A DNA stretch of 64,000 nt from an uncultured Nitrososphaerales archaeon (GCA_963695855.1 CAVOHZ010000010.1:512001-576000), one strand, 5' to 3'; counted from the stretch's first letter, positions 1 through 15,175 are shown. Translations and numbers: made by a program. Notes: generated by a model not told the origin, from the sequence alone.

Positions 1-650
1 ATATAAAAATCCGCACCAAGTTCTTTCAGCCATGATTTTTTACTCACAGCAATTACTTTAGCCTTTTTCAATTTACCGAATTGTATAGCAAACATACCAG
101 TACTACCCGATGCACCATAAACAAGAAGAGTATCATTTTCGGTTATTGACGAAAGGTTAAGAGCATGATATGCGGTTAGAGCAGAAACTGACAGACTTGA
201 AGCAAGATTCCAATCTAAATTTTTTGGAATCTTGATGACATTTTCTTTTCGTAACGATACATATTCCGATAATCCACCATTGGTAGTAACTCCTATCAGA
301 GATCCTTTTCTGCACAACATTTCTCTTCCAGAGATGCATTGATCACATTCCGAATCAAATGTTCTATTATAGACGATTACATGATCATTTGCATTTATTT
401 CATTTACTTGGCTACCTACTTTTTCTACTTCGCCGGAGAACTCCATTCCCGGAATATGCGGCAAAGGAGTTGGGATTAGCCTCTTTTCAGAAAATAGACC
501 ATAAAATCCGGTGACCGTAAAATAATCTATCGGATTAATACCCACTCTTTTTACTTTTATCAACACTTCATTTTCATTAATCTTTGGAATCGGGACCTCG
601 ATATCTTTAAGATTTTCGAGACCTGGTTTTTCAAAAACAATAGTTCTCAT
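1..650 (-). CDS. Zn-binding medium-chain dehydrogenase/reductase (runs off the left edge)
   Basis: Own translation from ATG 650: MRTIVFEKPGLENLKI...GINPIDY...HIPGMEFSGEV...CDQCISGREMLC...VYGASGSTG. MDR catalytic domain plus Rossmann motif; not in the ORF track. Confidence 0.85.
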   Translation of the reverse strand, partial: MRTIVFEKPGLENLKDIEVPIPKINENEVLIKVKRVGINPIDYFTVTGFYGLFSEKRLIPTPLPHIPGMEFSGEVEKVGSQVNEINANDHVIVYNRTFDSECDQCISGREMLCRKGSLIGVTTNGGLSEYVSLRKENVIKIPKNLDWNLASSLSVSALTAYHALNLSSITENDTLLVYGASGSTGMFAIQFGKLKKAKVIAVSKKSWLKELGADFY

Positions 651-1234
651 CAAACAATATTATTAAAGAAATTCAATAAATTGTTTAATATTAAAATACT
701 TTATTACAAAGAAAATTGTTTTCTCGTGAAAAATTCGAATACAATTGAATATTAGTATATTATATCAAAGGGAGTACAAAGAACATTATCTCAAAAATAT
801 TTTCTTTTGACTAATACGGGAATTCTGAGTTGCCTTATGTCTAAATCCCTACTAGAGATATGTTAAGACATGATAAGAAACTGAAAAATATATCTCAAAT
901 ATTCGAAAGTTAATAAAACAATGAATCAATTGTATAATATAATGTTGGTAATTATTTGGGAGCAGAGGAAGTCATTGATATAGCATAAATCTATAAATAT
1001 GAAGATAATGAAAATCCCTTGAAATAATTATACGAGATCTCATGGAAGAGGGTGAAGTTATGATAAGATAACATTTTGCGGGTCTTAATGAGAAAAAAGC
1101 ATTAGACCAAATATTTCCTTTTAATCAAATAAATATAAATTTGGGCAAAGCGTAAGATTTATTTAAAACTACAGAATGCGCAATATCTATATTTTTCTTT
1201 TTGTAAAATAACCTTGAAATTGATGGTTAATATT

Positions 1235-1513
1235 TTATTTCTTGAATATTACTCTTCCTTTGTACTTGAAAATAATTTTGTTGTCTTGGGACAATGTAAA
1301 CACATTTTTTAGTAAATTTAATTTTAGAAAAATATTATCCATAGATTCATCAGAAGACACAAGGCTTAATGAATGTAAATTAATGGATATGTTACCATCA
1401 ATAAATTCTATGTCCAAATATTGTTCATCATCTCTTTTTATATTCAACCGTCCTTTTTTGATAATGTGACCACAAAACAATAACACATTTATTGGATTGT
1501 TTTGAAGAGCCAT
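1235..1513 (-). CDS. hypothetical protein
   Basis: 92-aa ORF directly downstream of, and co-oriented with, 1532-1762. Confidence 0.5.
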   Translation of the reverse strand: MALQNNPINVLLFCGHIIKKGRLNIKRDDEQYLDIEFIDGNISINLHSLSLVSSDESMDNIFLKLNLLKNVFTLSQDNKIIFKYKGRVIFKK

Positions 1514-1531
1514 ATCATGTTCTTTAGAAAA

Positions 1532-1762
1532 TTAATTATCAGTTGAATGAGTTTCAGCTTTAATCGTAACTTTGCCATTTATTGTCCATTTAGCACTCAG
1601 CTCTTTTCCATTCAGGCCTGTTGCTTTAGGAAGGTCTATAGTTAGATTTTCGAAACTATACTCTATTACAGCTCCTTTCCCAGTCAACCTGTCTAGAATT
1701 TCCGTGATTACCTGAACCCATTGATGAGAAGGATCATTAGAATTCATTGAATTATTAATCAT
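1532..1762 (-). CDS. hypothetical small protein
   Basis: 76-aa ORF with globular composition. Confidence 0.6.
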   Translation of the reverse strand: MINNSMNSNDPSHQWVQVITEILDRLTGKGAVIEYSFENLTIDLPKATGLNGKELSAKWTINGKVTIKAETHSTDN

Positions 1763-2362
1763 ACTTTAAGTAAATAAAACTTTCCTGATAAATAAATTGA
1801 ATTTAAGTTGTATTATCTAGAAATAAACATGCATATTTAAAATTTCATTATCTTTTGTAGTAATACAAGTAAAGTTACTTCCACTGTTGCTACTTTTCCA
1901 AAATTATTTATCTACCAATTATCCATAGTACAAATATAAACACATTCTTTCAATAATAATCGGTTTGTTTTCCATTTTTGAAGTATTTTGACATTTAGTG
2001 AGTAACAGAAGGCGCTATGTCCTGTATTCTTACCAGTTAGCAATAGAGTTAACTTTCAATCCTGGATACTAAATTTGACTTGATTTATAGAAAATTAATA
2101 CATGATAAAAACTGGACTAATAACATATTTAATATACTCATTGGGATTCCTCATTGCAACATAATCAAGTAATCATCTAGTAAATCGTATAGTACATGAA
2201 ATTTTCCAGCTACAGTATCCTTGTATTTTGAGACATATCTAAAGTTTTTACAAGGTACTTGCTATGTTAATTCGAAAAAAATGAATATCGATATCAAATC
2301 TATATTTATGGTTCATTTATTAAAAAATCCCATTTTATAATGAAAAATTTCTTGAAATTGAA

Positions 2363-3571
2363 CTAATTCCGGAATGACATTTTATCATAATTATCTAAAG
2401 GATAATTTTGCTGGTGAATACTGGAATACGATGAAGGTTGCTGATTTTTATTTCCTTCGTTGATTTTAGCGGCTGAGTAAAATTCTTGACTTATTGAATT
2501 GAAATCATCCAATGAATGATCTTTGCCATTTTCATTTTTAGATAAAGTGAATTTGTCTAAAATGGTCAATTTCTTATTATCATAAAATGTTCCAACCAGT
2601 GTATTACCATTATCTTTTATATCAAAATTAAGGAAACCATGAGAGCGTTTTTGTATCACAGTATAGGGCAAGTAGTAGTCAATATTTTGAAGGTCGTCAC
2701 CTGCAGTACCTGCAGTAATGAATATTATTCCATTATTATTTTTATATTCATAATTTTGTTGATTTGTGACAATTGGATAAAGAGGATTATCTTTGTTATA
2801 AGATAATGGAAGGGATCTTTGGTAATATTGTGTATGACCATTTAGCACTATATCCACACCATTTTTTTCAAACATTCGTTGAAAAGCCTTTCTTAAATCT
2901 TCGCTGGCGTTTTCATCAAAGTGAGATGCGGAATAAAATGGTTTGTGAAGGAATACTATCTTCCATAAAATATTAGGATCTGCGGATGTCTTCTCTAGAT
3001 CATTTTTTATAAAATCGTATTGCATACTACCTTTTTGAAATGGATGTTCTGTAGAAATTGCTATAAAATGCACATTTCCAAAATTAAAAGAATAATATGG
3101 TTTTTTAAGACCATAGTGATCGATTAACTGTTTGTAGGAAGCCGCAAAATCAAGATCATGATTTCCTATTGCTATTCTCATTAAATCATCTATTGGTTTG
3201 GACAAGTCAAACCAACATTGTGCAGAAGGATTATTAAAAAGGTAATCACCCAATCCTACTACTAGTTCAGGCTTAAATTTTAGGATGTTTGTTATGGTTT
3301 TTTGAGTTTCCTTGTTACATATCCAATCTCCAGCAGCAATAAAATTTATACCTTGAGTATCTATTGGAGTTGGTGATTGCTTGGAGTTGCCTGTATCCGA
3401 TTCTTTGGGAAGAGAAGGGTCTATACCATAATCTTCAGGATCGTAATAATCATTGGGGGCTATACCAAAATATCCATCATCCTGCGCCAATAAGGAATTT
3501 AAGGAGATGGTACAAGGGAACAGTAAGAAAGAGAAAAACGTAATTAACAATATATTATAACTATATACCAT
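2363..3571 (-). CDS. secreted calcineurin-like metallophosphoesterase (purple-acid-phosphatase-like)
   Basis: Signal peptide; motifs AAGDW, GLGDY, IGNHD, FLHKP, NGHTQ. Confidence 0.85.
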   Translation of the reverse strand: MVYSYNILLITFFSFLLFPCTISLNSLLAQDDGYFGIAPNDYYDPEDYGIDPSLPKESDTGNSKQSPTPIDTQGINFIAAGDWICNKETQKTITNILKFKPELVVGLGDYLFNNPSAQCWFDLSKPIDDLMRIAIGNHDLDFAASYKQLIDHYGLKKPYYSFNFGNVHFIAISTEHPFQKGSMQYDFIKNDLEKTSADPNILWKIVFLHKPFYSASHFDENASEDLRKAFQRMFEKNGVDIVLNGHTQYYQRSLPLSYNKDNPLYPIVTNQQNYEYKNNNGIIFITAGTAGDDLQNIDYYLPYTVIQKRSHGFLNFDIKDNGNTLVGTFYDNKKLTILDKFTLSKNENGKDHSLDDFNSISQEFYSAAKINEGNKNQQPSSYSSIHQQNYPLDNYDKMSFRN

Positions 3572-3806
3572 ATTACTAAAAAATTTGCAAAGGACTCTTT
3601 TTAAGATTTGTATTGATTGTTGTTAAAGTTAATTACTATATTATGTTATATAAATTTGCTTAAAAAAAAAGTAAGTAAAAAAGTTAGTGCCAAATGTAGT
3701 ACTTTTAGTATTTTAGATTGCGTCATTGACCGGATCAGTCAATTAGCTGTATAGAAAATAAGAGATGAATTTATAAAGAATTATTGGAAATAAATTTATT
3801 GTATTA

Positions 3807-4784
3807 ATGAATAATGAATACTATTTTAAGATATTATTTGGATTTTCAGTCTTTTCCTTAGGTATTATCATTTTGTTTAGTGAAGCTTTTAGTGAAAAAG
3901 GTAAAGATTATCTTATTAATTATTATTATTTAGATCAATTTGGGGGAAAAGGATCAGGGGATGGTCAATTTAACGCACCACATAGTATTGATATTGATAA
4001 ATTTGGGAATGTTTATGTCACAGATACTGGCAATAACAGGGTTCAAAAGTTCACATCTGATGGAAAATTTGTGCTCAAATGGGGAGATATGGGTACGGGG
4101 GATGGTCAATTTCTAAAATTACATGACTTGGCAGTGGATCCATCCGGTAAATATGTTTACACAGTCGAACTAAAAAACCATAGAGTGCAAAAGTTCACAT
4201 CTGATGGAAAATTTGTGCTCAAATGGGGATTCGAAAATACTGGAGGTAAGGGGGCCGAAAGAACTCCACATCAAGTGTCAGTGGATTCACAAGGTTTTGT
4301 TTATCTAACTGATAAAAATGGTCACCAAATTCTTAAATTTGATGAAAACGGAAAATTTATCAAAATAATAGGAAGGGAAGGTTCAGGTGATGGGGAATTT
4401 CTTAGACCTCATGGAATAGTTTTTGATTCCAAAGATAATATGTATATTACAGATATGAGAAATTCTCGTGTCCAAATACTAGATAAAGATCTTAATTTAA
4501 TTAAACAATGGGGATCATATGGAAATGGAACAGGACAGTTTTCTCTTACTTTCCCTGGCATTGACTACTTCGAAAAAGATGATCTTGTTTTCGTTGTCGA
4601 CAAGTTATTTACAAGAGTTCAAGTCTTTGATAATCAAGGTAATTTCATGACAGAATTTGGTTCTAAAGGTACTGGGGACAGTCAGTTCAAACGACCGGAA
4701 GATTTGGCGTTAAATCCATCTGGAAAAATTTTTGTATCGGATACTGGCAATTCGAGAGTCCAGATATTTGGAATCAAAGAGTAG
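3807..4784 (+). CDS. membrane-anchored NHL-repeat six-bladed beta-propeller protein
   Basis: N-terminal hydrophobic segment; repeated G.G.GQF..P..(I/L)...YV.D..N.RVQ(K/V)F units. Confidence 0.88.
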   Translation: MNNEYYFKILFGFSVFSLGIIILFSEAFSEKGKDYLINYYYLDQFGGKGSGDGQFNAPHSIDIDKFGNVYVTDTGNNRVQKFTSDGKFVLKWGDMGTGDGQFLKLHDLAVDPSGKYVYTVELKNHRVQKFTSDGKFVLKWGFENTGGKGAERTPHQVSVDSQGFVYLTDKNGHQILKFDENGKFIKIIGREGSGDGEFLRPHGIVFDSKDNMYITDMRNSRVQILDKDLNLIKQWGSYGNGTGQFSLTFPGIDYFEKDDLVFVVDKLFTRVQVFDNQGNFMTEFGSKGTGDSQFKRPEDLALNPSGKIFVSDTGNSRVQIFGIKE

Positions 4785-4893
4785 ATATTTATAATATAAA
4801 AGTCTCACCACTATATTGAAATTAAAATTAGAATAAGTTATATTAACAAATTAACTCGAAATCATACAACAATTTAAGATAACAAAAATACCT

Positions 4894-5430
4894 ATGGAAA
4901 CATTTTAAGAAAAGACAAGAATCTTCATAGTTTATTTACAAAGAGAAGAATTATTGTACCGTTTTCAGAAAGGAAGGTAGAATATATTCTTTCATTTTTT
5001 GAATTTGATTGGATAAATGATGAACACAAATTAATTAAAGATTTAAACAATCTATTATCATCTGATCAATACGAAACTTTAACACATAAAATATACGATA
5101 AAATTTTTAAAATCAAAAAAATGCCTTATTCGAGGTGGTAAGATCCTTGCAATTTTAGTACAAAGATGATATGTTAAATTATGTGAAAAAAATAGGATTG
5201 AAAAATGTATATTCATCTTTTCCAATCCGATCCTCAAGTAATTTCAAACATGAGAAATAATATGCTCAGTTTTCAAACTAAGTTAATATGAAGGCTTTTC
5301 TAAATTATCCACCAAATAAGAAATTAAAAGCCAAGTTTAAAGAAATAGTAATTGAGGAAATCGATAATGTTCCTAAAATGAAATTTATTCTAGATTATGT
5401 TATACTCAACATTATGGATCACAACACTAA
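4894..5430 (+). pseudogene. possible decayed class I SAM-dependent methyltransferase
   Basis: Broken frames give FDWINDEHKLIKDLNNLLS and AFLNYPP...MKFILDY, loosely resembling methyltransferase segments; many stops. Confidence 0.3.
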
Positions 5431-5516
5431 ACAAATAGAAATAAAAGAATTTTTTACTCATATTTGAAAATATTTTTTACGATTAATTTTATAAAATTAA
5501 ATGAAAAATAAGAAAA

Positions 5517-9758
<4,242 letters not shown>

Positions 9759-9760
9759 CG

Positions 9761-10909
9761 TTAATTTACACCTCCTTGCAATGGTGATTTTCCAGGAACA
9801 CTTTTTCCAACATTATCTACCTTAAACGATCCTTTCATTCCCGATAGAAGATGAGATGTTATAGTGTCCCTATATTCAGCAATACCATTTTTGGCCTCAA
9901 TAGTGAAAACATGGTTTTCGAGAGGTCCGAATTTTTTATCTTTGATTATCTGCGCTGTTCCAGGTTCAAGCCATTCATACCCTGTTAATGAAAAGATATG
10001 AAAATCAGTGCCCATTCCGTATAAATGGAATCTTATCAAGTCTCCATCTTTAGCACCGATAGTTGGATTTTCCCATAATGCTGTTCGAATGGCGTTATTC
10101 GTGTAATCTATTTCGTCACACCAAAAAGCATCATCGGTAACATAGCAGAATACATCCTTAGCAATATCGGCTACGTTCACCTTAGTTGGTATTCCGTCCA
10201 CCAAGGCCACAGTTTTTCCTGTATGGCTCTCTATTACAAGATTACCAAACAATCCTAAGGTTTCTGAACCATCAATATAAATTCCTGCAGAATTTAGACC
10301 AAGAGCATGATCATGATAAGGCCATGTACCAGATGTTCCGGGACCAGCGGTGTAATGATATTTTATTGATTCTCCGGGGCAAACACCTTCGTCTCTTAAG
10401 CCATTAAGAATTCCTAAAGTCCCATCACTTGCTATAGAGTAATGGATTCCATGGACGTGAATACTTACCCTACCTAGAGCACCTGTATTCTCTGGAGATG
10501 AATTAGTATTACATATTCCATTCATTGACTTACCAGGATTAGTTAAAGTTAATTCAACAGAATCACCTTCTTCAAACATTAAAGTTGGTCCAGGGATGGT
10601 GGGTCCTTTTGTATAATGATCTGTAATATCATTCAACAATATACCACCTATTGGATCGAAAATTTCATGTTTATCAAGCTGATAACCAAACAAATCATCA
10701 CCTGGTTTCTCAATTTTCTGCACAGACATCTCAATCTTGTGAAGAACAGGGTGAGGATAAACGGGATATCCGTCCTCATTATTTTGTGCTCCGACTGGTG
10801 GTATAGCCGAGCCAATATTGCCTAATCCTATTATTGAAACCATAATAGCAACCAACAATAAGGAATACGACCAATAATACCTCATATAAAAAATTTCAGA
10901 AATATGCAT
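9761..10909 (-). CDS. secreted small-laccase-like two-domain MCO subunit (domain-2 cluster ligands lost)
   Basis: Signal peptide; PGPTL..EEGD, SIHVHG and GTWPYHDH intact; domain 2 reads FHIFSLTG and EYRDTITSHLLSGM. Confidence 0.88.
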   Translation of the reverse strand: MHISEIFYMRYYWSYSLLLVAIMVSIIGLGNIGSAIPPVGAQNNEDGYPVYPHPVLHKIEMSVQKIEKPGDDLFGYQLDKHEIFDPIGGILLNDITDHYTKGPTIPGPTLMFEEGDSVELTLTNPGKSMNGICNTNSSPENTGALGRVSIHVHGIHYSIASDGTLGILNGLRDEGVCPGESIKYHYTAGPGTSGTWPYHDHALGLNSAGIYIDGSETLGLFGNLVIESHTGKTVALVDGIPTKVNVADIAKDVFCYVTDDAFWCDEIDYTNNAIRTALWENPTIGAKDGDLIRFHLYGMGTDFHIFSLTGYEWLEPGTAQIIKDKKFGPLENHVFTIEAKNGIAEYRDTITSHLLSGMKGSFKVDNVGKSVPGKSPLQGGVN

Positions 10910-11193
10910 ATAATGTGATGGATTAAAAGTTCAAGTTACCTAGCATCTAATATTCAAATAATAAACTTAACGAGTCGATTTAGATATAAAATTTAAATTG
11001 AAAAAAATAGGTGATCTTTTTCTATCGTATTCCTAAGTAACCAAAATTCCAAATCTCCAATTTGGAGGAATTTTAATATTAATGGATCTGAATCTAATTT
11101 TAAATAACAAATGAACCGAAATTATTTTTTGCTATATTTGAAAAAAAATTGTGACAATATTAATATCTCAACCAAGAAATTTCATTAACCAAG

Positions 11194-11673
11194 ATGATAT
11201 TGAAATCTTCATATTGGATTAATGAATTAGGCCTTTCAAAACATCCCGAAGGAGGATACTTCAGAGAAATCTATAGATCCCCAAGAAATAGAAATAAAAG
11301 GTCATTTGTAACATCCATATATTACCTAATAGAGGGTAATGATTTTTCTTCTTTTCACAAGATAGATGCTGACGAGATATGGCATTTTTATTATGGTAGT
11401 AGTTTAACCTTATTTATCATTAATGAAAGTAATTCGAGGTTAACTAGAAAAGTCTTAGGAAATAATTATAAGAAAAAAGAGAGTTTGGAGATTGTGATAG
11501 AGAGTAATAATTGGCTCGCCGCACAAGTAAATAACAAATTGTCATATTCACTTGTAGGATGTACAGTCATTCCAGGATTTGAATTTGAGTTCTATGAGTT
11601 AGGAGAGAGGGATAAACTATTTTCTTTATTTCCAGAACATAAAAAAATAATTGAAAAATTTACTAGAGAATAA
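11194..11673 (+). CDS. cupin superfamily protein (DUF985/Cupin_5 type)
   Basis: HPEGGYFRE, TSIYYL, FHKIDADEIWHFY, LVGCTVIPGFEF. Confidence 0.9.
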   Translation: MILKSSYWINELGLSKHPEGGYFREIYRSPRNRNKRSFVTSIYYLIEGNDFSSFHKIDADEIWHFYYGSSLTLFIINESNSRLTRKVLGNNYKKKESLEIVIESNNWLAAQVNNKLSYSLVGCTVIPGFEFEFYELGERDKLFSLFPEHKKIIEKFTRE

Positions 11674-12256
11674 AATGAACTTGCAACGAAGGCATAATTA
11701 CTATCACTTTTTTTCTTATTTAGAACCTCGTTTATAAAAGATACTTCTTGTATCATTAATTTATTTTTTGGATGAACGATACCTCTTCAGATTTTATATG
11801 CCTGCCATTGGATTTGATGAAGCCGTTAGAAACGGTTTTATCGTAGAATTGTGAAATTTTACTTCCGAAAAGATGTAGCAATTCTAAATCAAGCCAAGAT
11901 CATTTAATTGTCATGATTGTAAAAATCTTGTTTAAAATATTAAAAATATTTGTTATTATATTAAAAACTCAGGGAAAAAGTGATGGTAAACTAAACGAAG
12001 GTATTCCAACAGATGAAGAGGGATTCTGGGCGTCTTGTAGCTGTTCAAAAGTTGGTGGCTGTTCGAAATTGTCCAATAATGGAGAATTCCCCGATTTAAA
12101 CGGTAGAGTTGCACTAGAATTATTTAATAAATCCATTTATCCTGATCATTAAGAATTACATATCTGATCATTAAAGATTTCATATGATTGTTGCAATGAG
12201 TCGATAGAAGTATTGTTTTTAACTTTATTTGTAACGTTATCTCCTATAGTTATGTC

Positions 12257-13618
12257 TTAAGTATTAGATGATGTAATATTATCGGATACCGTAAAGGACT
12301 TAGAAACAATACTGTCTGGAGATCCAAGTTTTGTAGCCAAAACTTTAATACTATATTCTCCTATTGGAAAAAGTTCATTAATTTCTAATGGAAATTTGTA
12401 GGAACCGTCAATGCCTGTCTTCCCAAAAAATTTTATTTTGTCATATGTTAGGCTATCACTGTTAGATATCTCACCCGATATAATAGCATCGTGTATTGGC
12501 AAGGAACCATCATTAATTACTGAAATTTCTAAGGTATATGTATTACCTAAAACAATGTTATCAGGTAAAGAAAGATTTACGTTGAATTTGTCAGATAACA
12601 CTTCATTTGTTCTTTTTTCAGAAGTTAAATTCAAATTATTATCACTCTCTTTGTTTTTATCAAAAGTCAGAGTATTGAGATTAGTTGTATTTATGGAGGA
12701 ATTATTTGAATTTGCCCCAACAGTTATTTGATCATTAGTGGGATTAATCATAGTAATCCCAGTATCATTATTTACATTTGTAAAGTTGTTTTGAATACTC
12801 TGGAAATTAGTCAAATTTGTTTCTACGTTAGAAGTATTGGTTTGAGATATTGATTCGGTCTTCCTATTTTCTTTATATATAGAGTCATTTCCAACTGAAT
12901 TTGGATCCGGTTGTAAACCTGCTTTGACTGAGGGAAGGTTTGGATTTGGGAGATTGTTTTGTCCTATTATGGTTTCAGGATTGGAGTTAAAACCGGGAAT
13001 AATATTCTGTGAAGGTTCTTTGACTGATGGAAGATTTGGATTTGGGAGATTGTTTTGTCCTATTATGGTTTCAGGATTGGAGTTAAAACCGGGAATAATA
13101 TTATGAAAGGGTTGATCTGGCATTTTCGCAGTGTTATTCCTTTGGATAGATTCAACCATAGAAGGGTTCGAAATTCCTATTAAATTTATTGAGTACCATT
13201 TTGTTCCTGACTGACCATTATCATTTACACACATTATTTTGGAGGTAAGGTCATTGTTTCCTTCCATTATTTGGTGATAATTTGAATCATAAGTAAAAAA
13301 CCATTTAGAAAAATCATCTACTCCGCCAGGACCAGAAGCTCGAACTTGCTGAAAGGGTTTCTTGTTATTCCAATCTACATATACCAAACAATTTCTGTCC
13401 GAGTCGTCACTTGATATGCCTGAAATAGTCAACTTTCCAACAGGTACTTTCTCCCCGTCCGAGTGAGATGTAATTTTAACTGATACCGGTTTATCAAAGG
13501 AATCTGCAGGATTATCTTTATTGATTTGTTGTGAATAAACAAATTGTATTTCATCTATATTAGGATTGATAAACAATCCAATAAAGATTGCCAAAAAAAA
13601 GACGACTAAAAAATTCAT
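12257..13618 (-). CDS. secreted Asn-rich protein with Ig-like segments and an internal repeat
   Basis: Signal peptide; beta-rich N- and C-terminal domains; low-complexity linker with many N-x-S/T sequons. Confidence 0.8.
   Translation of the reverse strand: MNFLVVFFLAIFIGLFINPNIDEIQFVYSQQINKDNPADSFDKPVSVKITSHSDGEKVPVGKLTISGISSDDSDRNCLVYVDWNNKKPFQQVRASGPGGVDDFSKWFFTYDSNYHQIMEGNNDLTSKIMCVNDNGQSGTKWYSINLIGISNPSMVESIQRNNTAKMPDQPFHNIIPGFNSNPETIIGQNNLPNPNLPSVKEPSQNIIPGFNSNPETIIGQNNLPNPNLPSVKAGLQPDPNSVGNDSIYKENRKTESISQTNTSNVETNLTNFQSIQNNFTNVNNDTGITMINPTNDQITVGANSNNSSINTTNLNTLTFDKNKESDNNLNLTSEKRTNEVLSDKFNVNLSLPDNIVLGNTYTLEISVINDGSLPIHDAIISGEISNSDSLTYDKIKFFGKTGIDGSYKFPLEINELFPIGEYSIKVLATKLGSPDSIVSKSFTVSDNITSSNT
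12923..13102 (-). repeat. two-copy coding repeat, 96-bp period
   Basis: NIIPGFNSNPETIIGQNNLPNPNLPSVK occurs twice. Confidence 0.92.
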
Positions 13619-13829
13619 ACAATATCATCCTCATAGCACTATATTTAAATTAATAATAATTCTCTTATAACTTTCTACTATTATTTTAGGAAATAAATAA
13701 GTAAAAAAATTATTTATAATTTTTAAAATTGAATGTTCAAATAATTTTTCAGCATAAAGATAATTTAGATTATAATCTAAAAAAAGTAAATATAAAACAT
13801 TATCTTTCTATAATGTTTTATTTTTAAAC

Positions 13830-13967
13830 TTATTTACCAATCTTAAACATCTTTGTTCCACAAACGCTACAAGTTCCCTGTGTTGCTGGTCTACCATTTT
13901 TCATGGTTACTTTCTTTTCATTCAGCATTTCTCTCTTTGATTTACATTTAACGCAATATCCTTCCAT
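13830..13967 (-). CDS. 45-aa zinc-ribbon micro-protein (DUF5679-like)
   Basis: Own translation MEGYCVKCKSKREMLNEKKVTMKNGRPATQGTCSVCGTKMFKIGK; two CxxC pairs. Confidence 0.85.
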   Translation of the reverse strand: MEGYCVKCKSKREMLNEKKVTMKNGRPATQGTCSVCGTKMFKIGK

Positions 13968-14068
13968 GCTTATTGAGTAAATGGACCACAATAAAAATAT
14001 TGATATAAAATTTCACAAATTAAGCAGGAAAAAGGCAAAAGAGGCGTCAAAATAAAAATAAAGAACAG

Positions 14069-14278
14069 TCAGTAGGCATGAATTTCTTTTTTATGTTGAC
14101 GAAGTTTCTTAAAAGTTGAAAATCTATTTCCACATTTATCACAGCGCCAATGATTAGCACGTGCTTCTTCATATCTAGAATATTTTTCAGAATTCACCTC
14201 GAACATTCCGGTTTTAAGATCATAATTTATGGGTTTGTAATTTAGTCTAAATTTTAATTTTGAGGGAGTTGTAGTCAA
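14069..14278 (-). CDS. small C2H2 zinc-finger protein
   Basis: CDKCGNRFSTFKKLRQHKKEIH = C-x2-C-x12-H-x4-H. Confidence 0.8.
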   Translation of the reverse strand: MTTTPSKLKFRLNYKPINYDLKTGMFEVNSEKYSRYEEARANHWRCDKCGNRFSTFKKLRQHKKEIHAY

Positions 14279-14524
14279 ATCCTTTATATTATATCAAAAT
14301 AATATTAAAAAGAATATAAGCTAGTTTTCTCTGACTTTAGCTTAAAAAAAATTAATATCATAATTATAGCCAAAAATATAATTATTATAATATTATTTCA
14401 TTTGCAGTTTTTAGATAGAGAAACATATATTGTTAATAAATAGAGATTGTTTAAAAAATAAAAATTGAAATTGTATAAACAAAAAAAAAGTATTTTTATT
14501 TGAATTCTATCATTTAATGTATAA

Positions 14525-15175
14525 TTGACCGTAAAAAACATTATCGAAAAAGGAACCAATATCTCTTCATTTTCACCTTTTGTGACATCAAGGATTAAAG
14601 ATATTTTGAAAAAAGAAAGTAAGGAGGATACCATAGACATATTTTCAAAGGAAAATGTCAAGATATTTGATATATTGGTAAGTGCCAAGAAAGAAATATG
14701 CATTGCCTGTATTACTTTGGATCAGATCTTCTCATTTAATTATATCGAGGTTTTCAAAAACATCTTAAAAAATAATATAAAAATAAAAATCTTGATCTGC
14801 GATCCAAAATCAGATTTATTAGATCATATCAAATATTTAACAGTCTATCCCAAAATTGAAGAAAATTTAACATCATGTCTATCAAGACTTTGTAATATGA
14901 AAATAATATCTCTTTCAACAAATGAATTAGCTAACTTTGAGATAAGGTGCTACAAGACGATATTAACTCATAACACCATCACAATTGATCAGGACATAGA
15001 ATCTAATGGTACAATATTAGTCGAGCATTTTTTATTTGGAATAAAATCTCAGAATAGAAAAATTATTCAATTGTTCAAGAGGAAAAACCATGAAATTTTT
15101 GATATTTACTACAAATCGTTCTTGAAATTATGGGAAATTAGTCCAGAATATTCATGTGAATGGGAAGAGTTATAA
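14525..15175 (+). CDS. hypothetical protein, possibly DUF5919/PLD-like fold without HKD
   Basis: AKKEICIAC, IKILICDP, FEIRCY, YYKSFLKLW pattern. Confidence 0.55.
   Translation: MTVKNIIEKGTNISSFSPFVTSRIKDILKKESKEDTIDIFSKENVKIFDILVSAKKEICIACITLDQIFSFNYIEVFKNILKNNIKIKILICDPKSDLLDHIKYLTVYPKIEENLTSCLSRLCNMKIISLSTNELANFEIRCYKTILTHNTITIDQDIESNGTILVEHFLFGIKSQNRKIIQLFKRKNHEIFDIYYKSFLKLWEISPEYSCEWEEL

Noticed and set aside
157-339. 60-aa ORF
   Set aside because: Alternative frame inside the edge-truncated dehydrogenase.
940-1180. Possible second dehydrogenase relic (LGAEEVID)
   Set aside because: Too short and degraded to support a call.
9761-10909. Calling the 382-aa gene nirK
   Set aside because: No T1 Cys motif in domain 1 (it has HDH, not HC); the ligand layout is small-laccase type.
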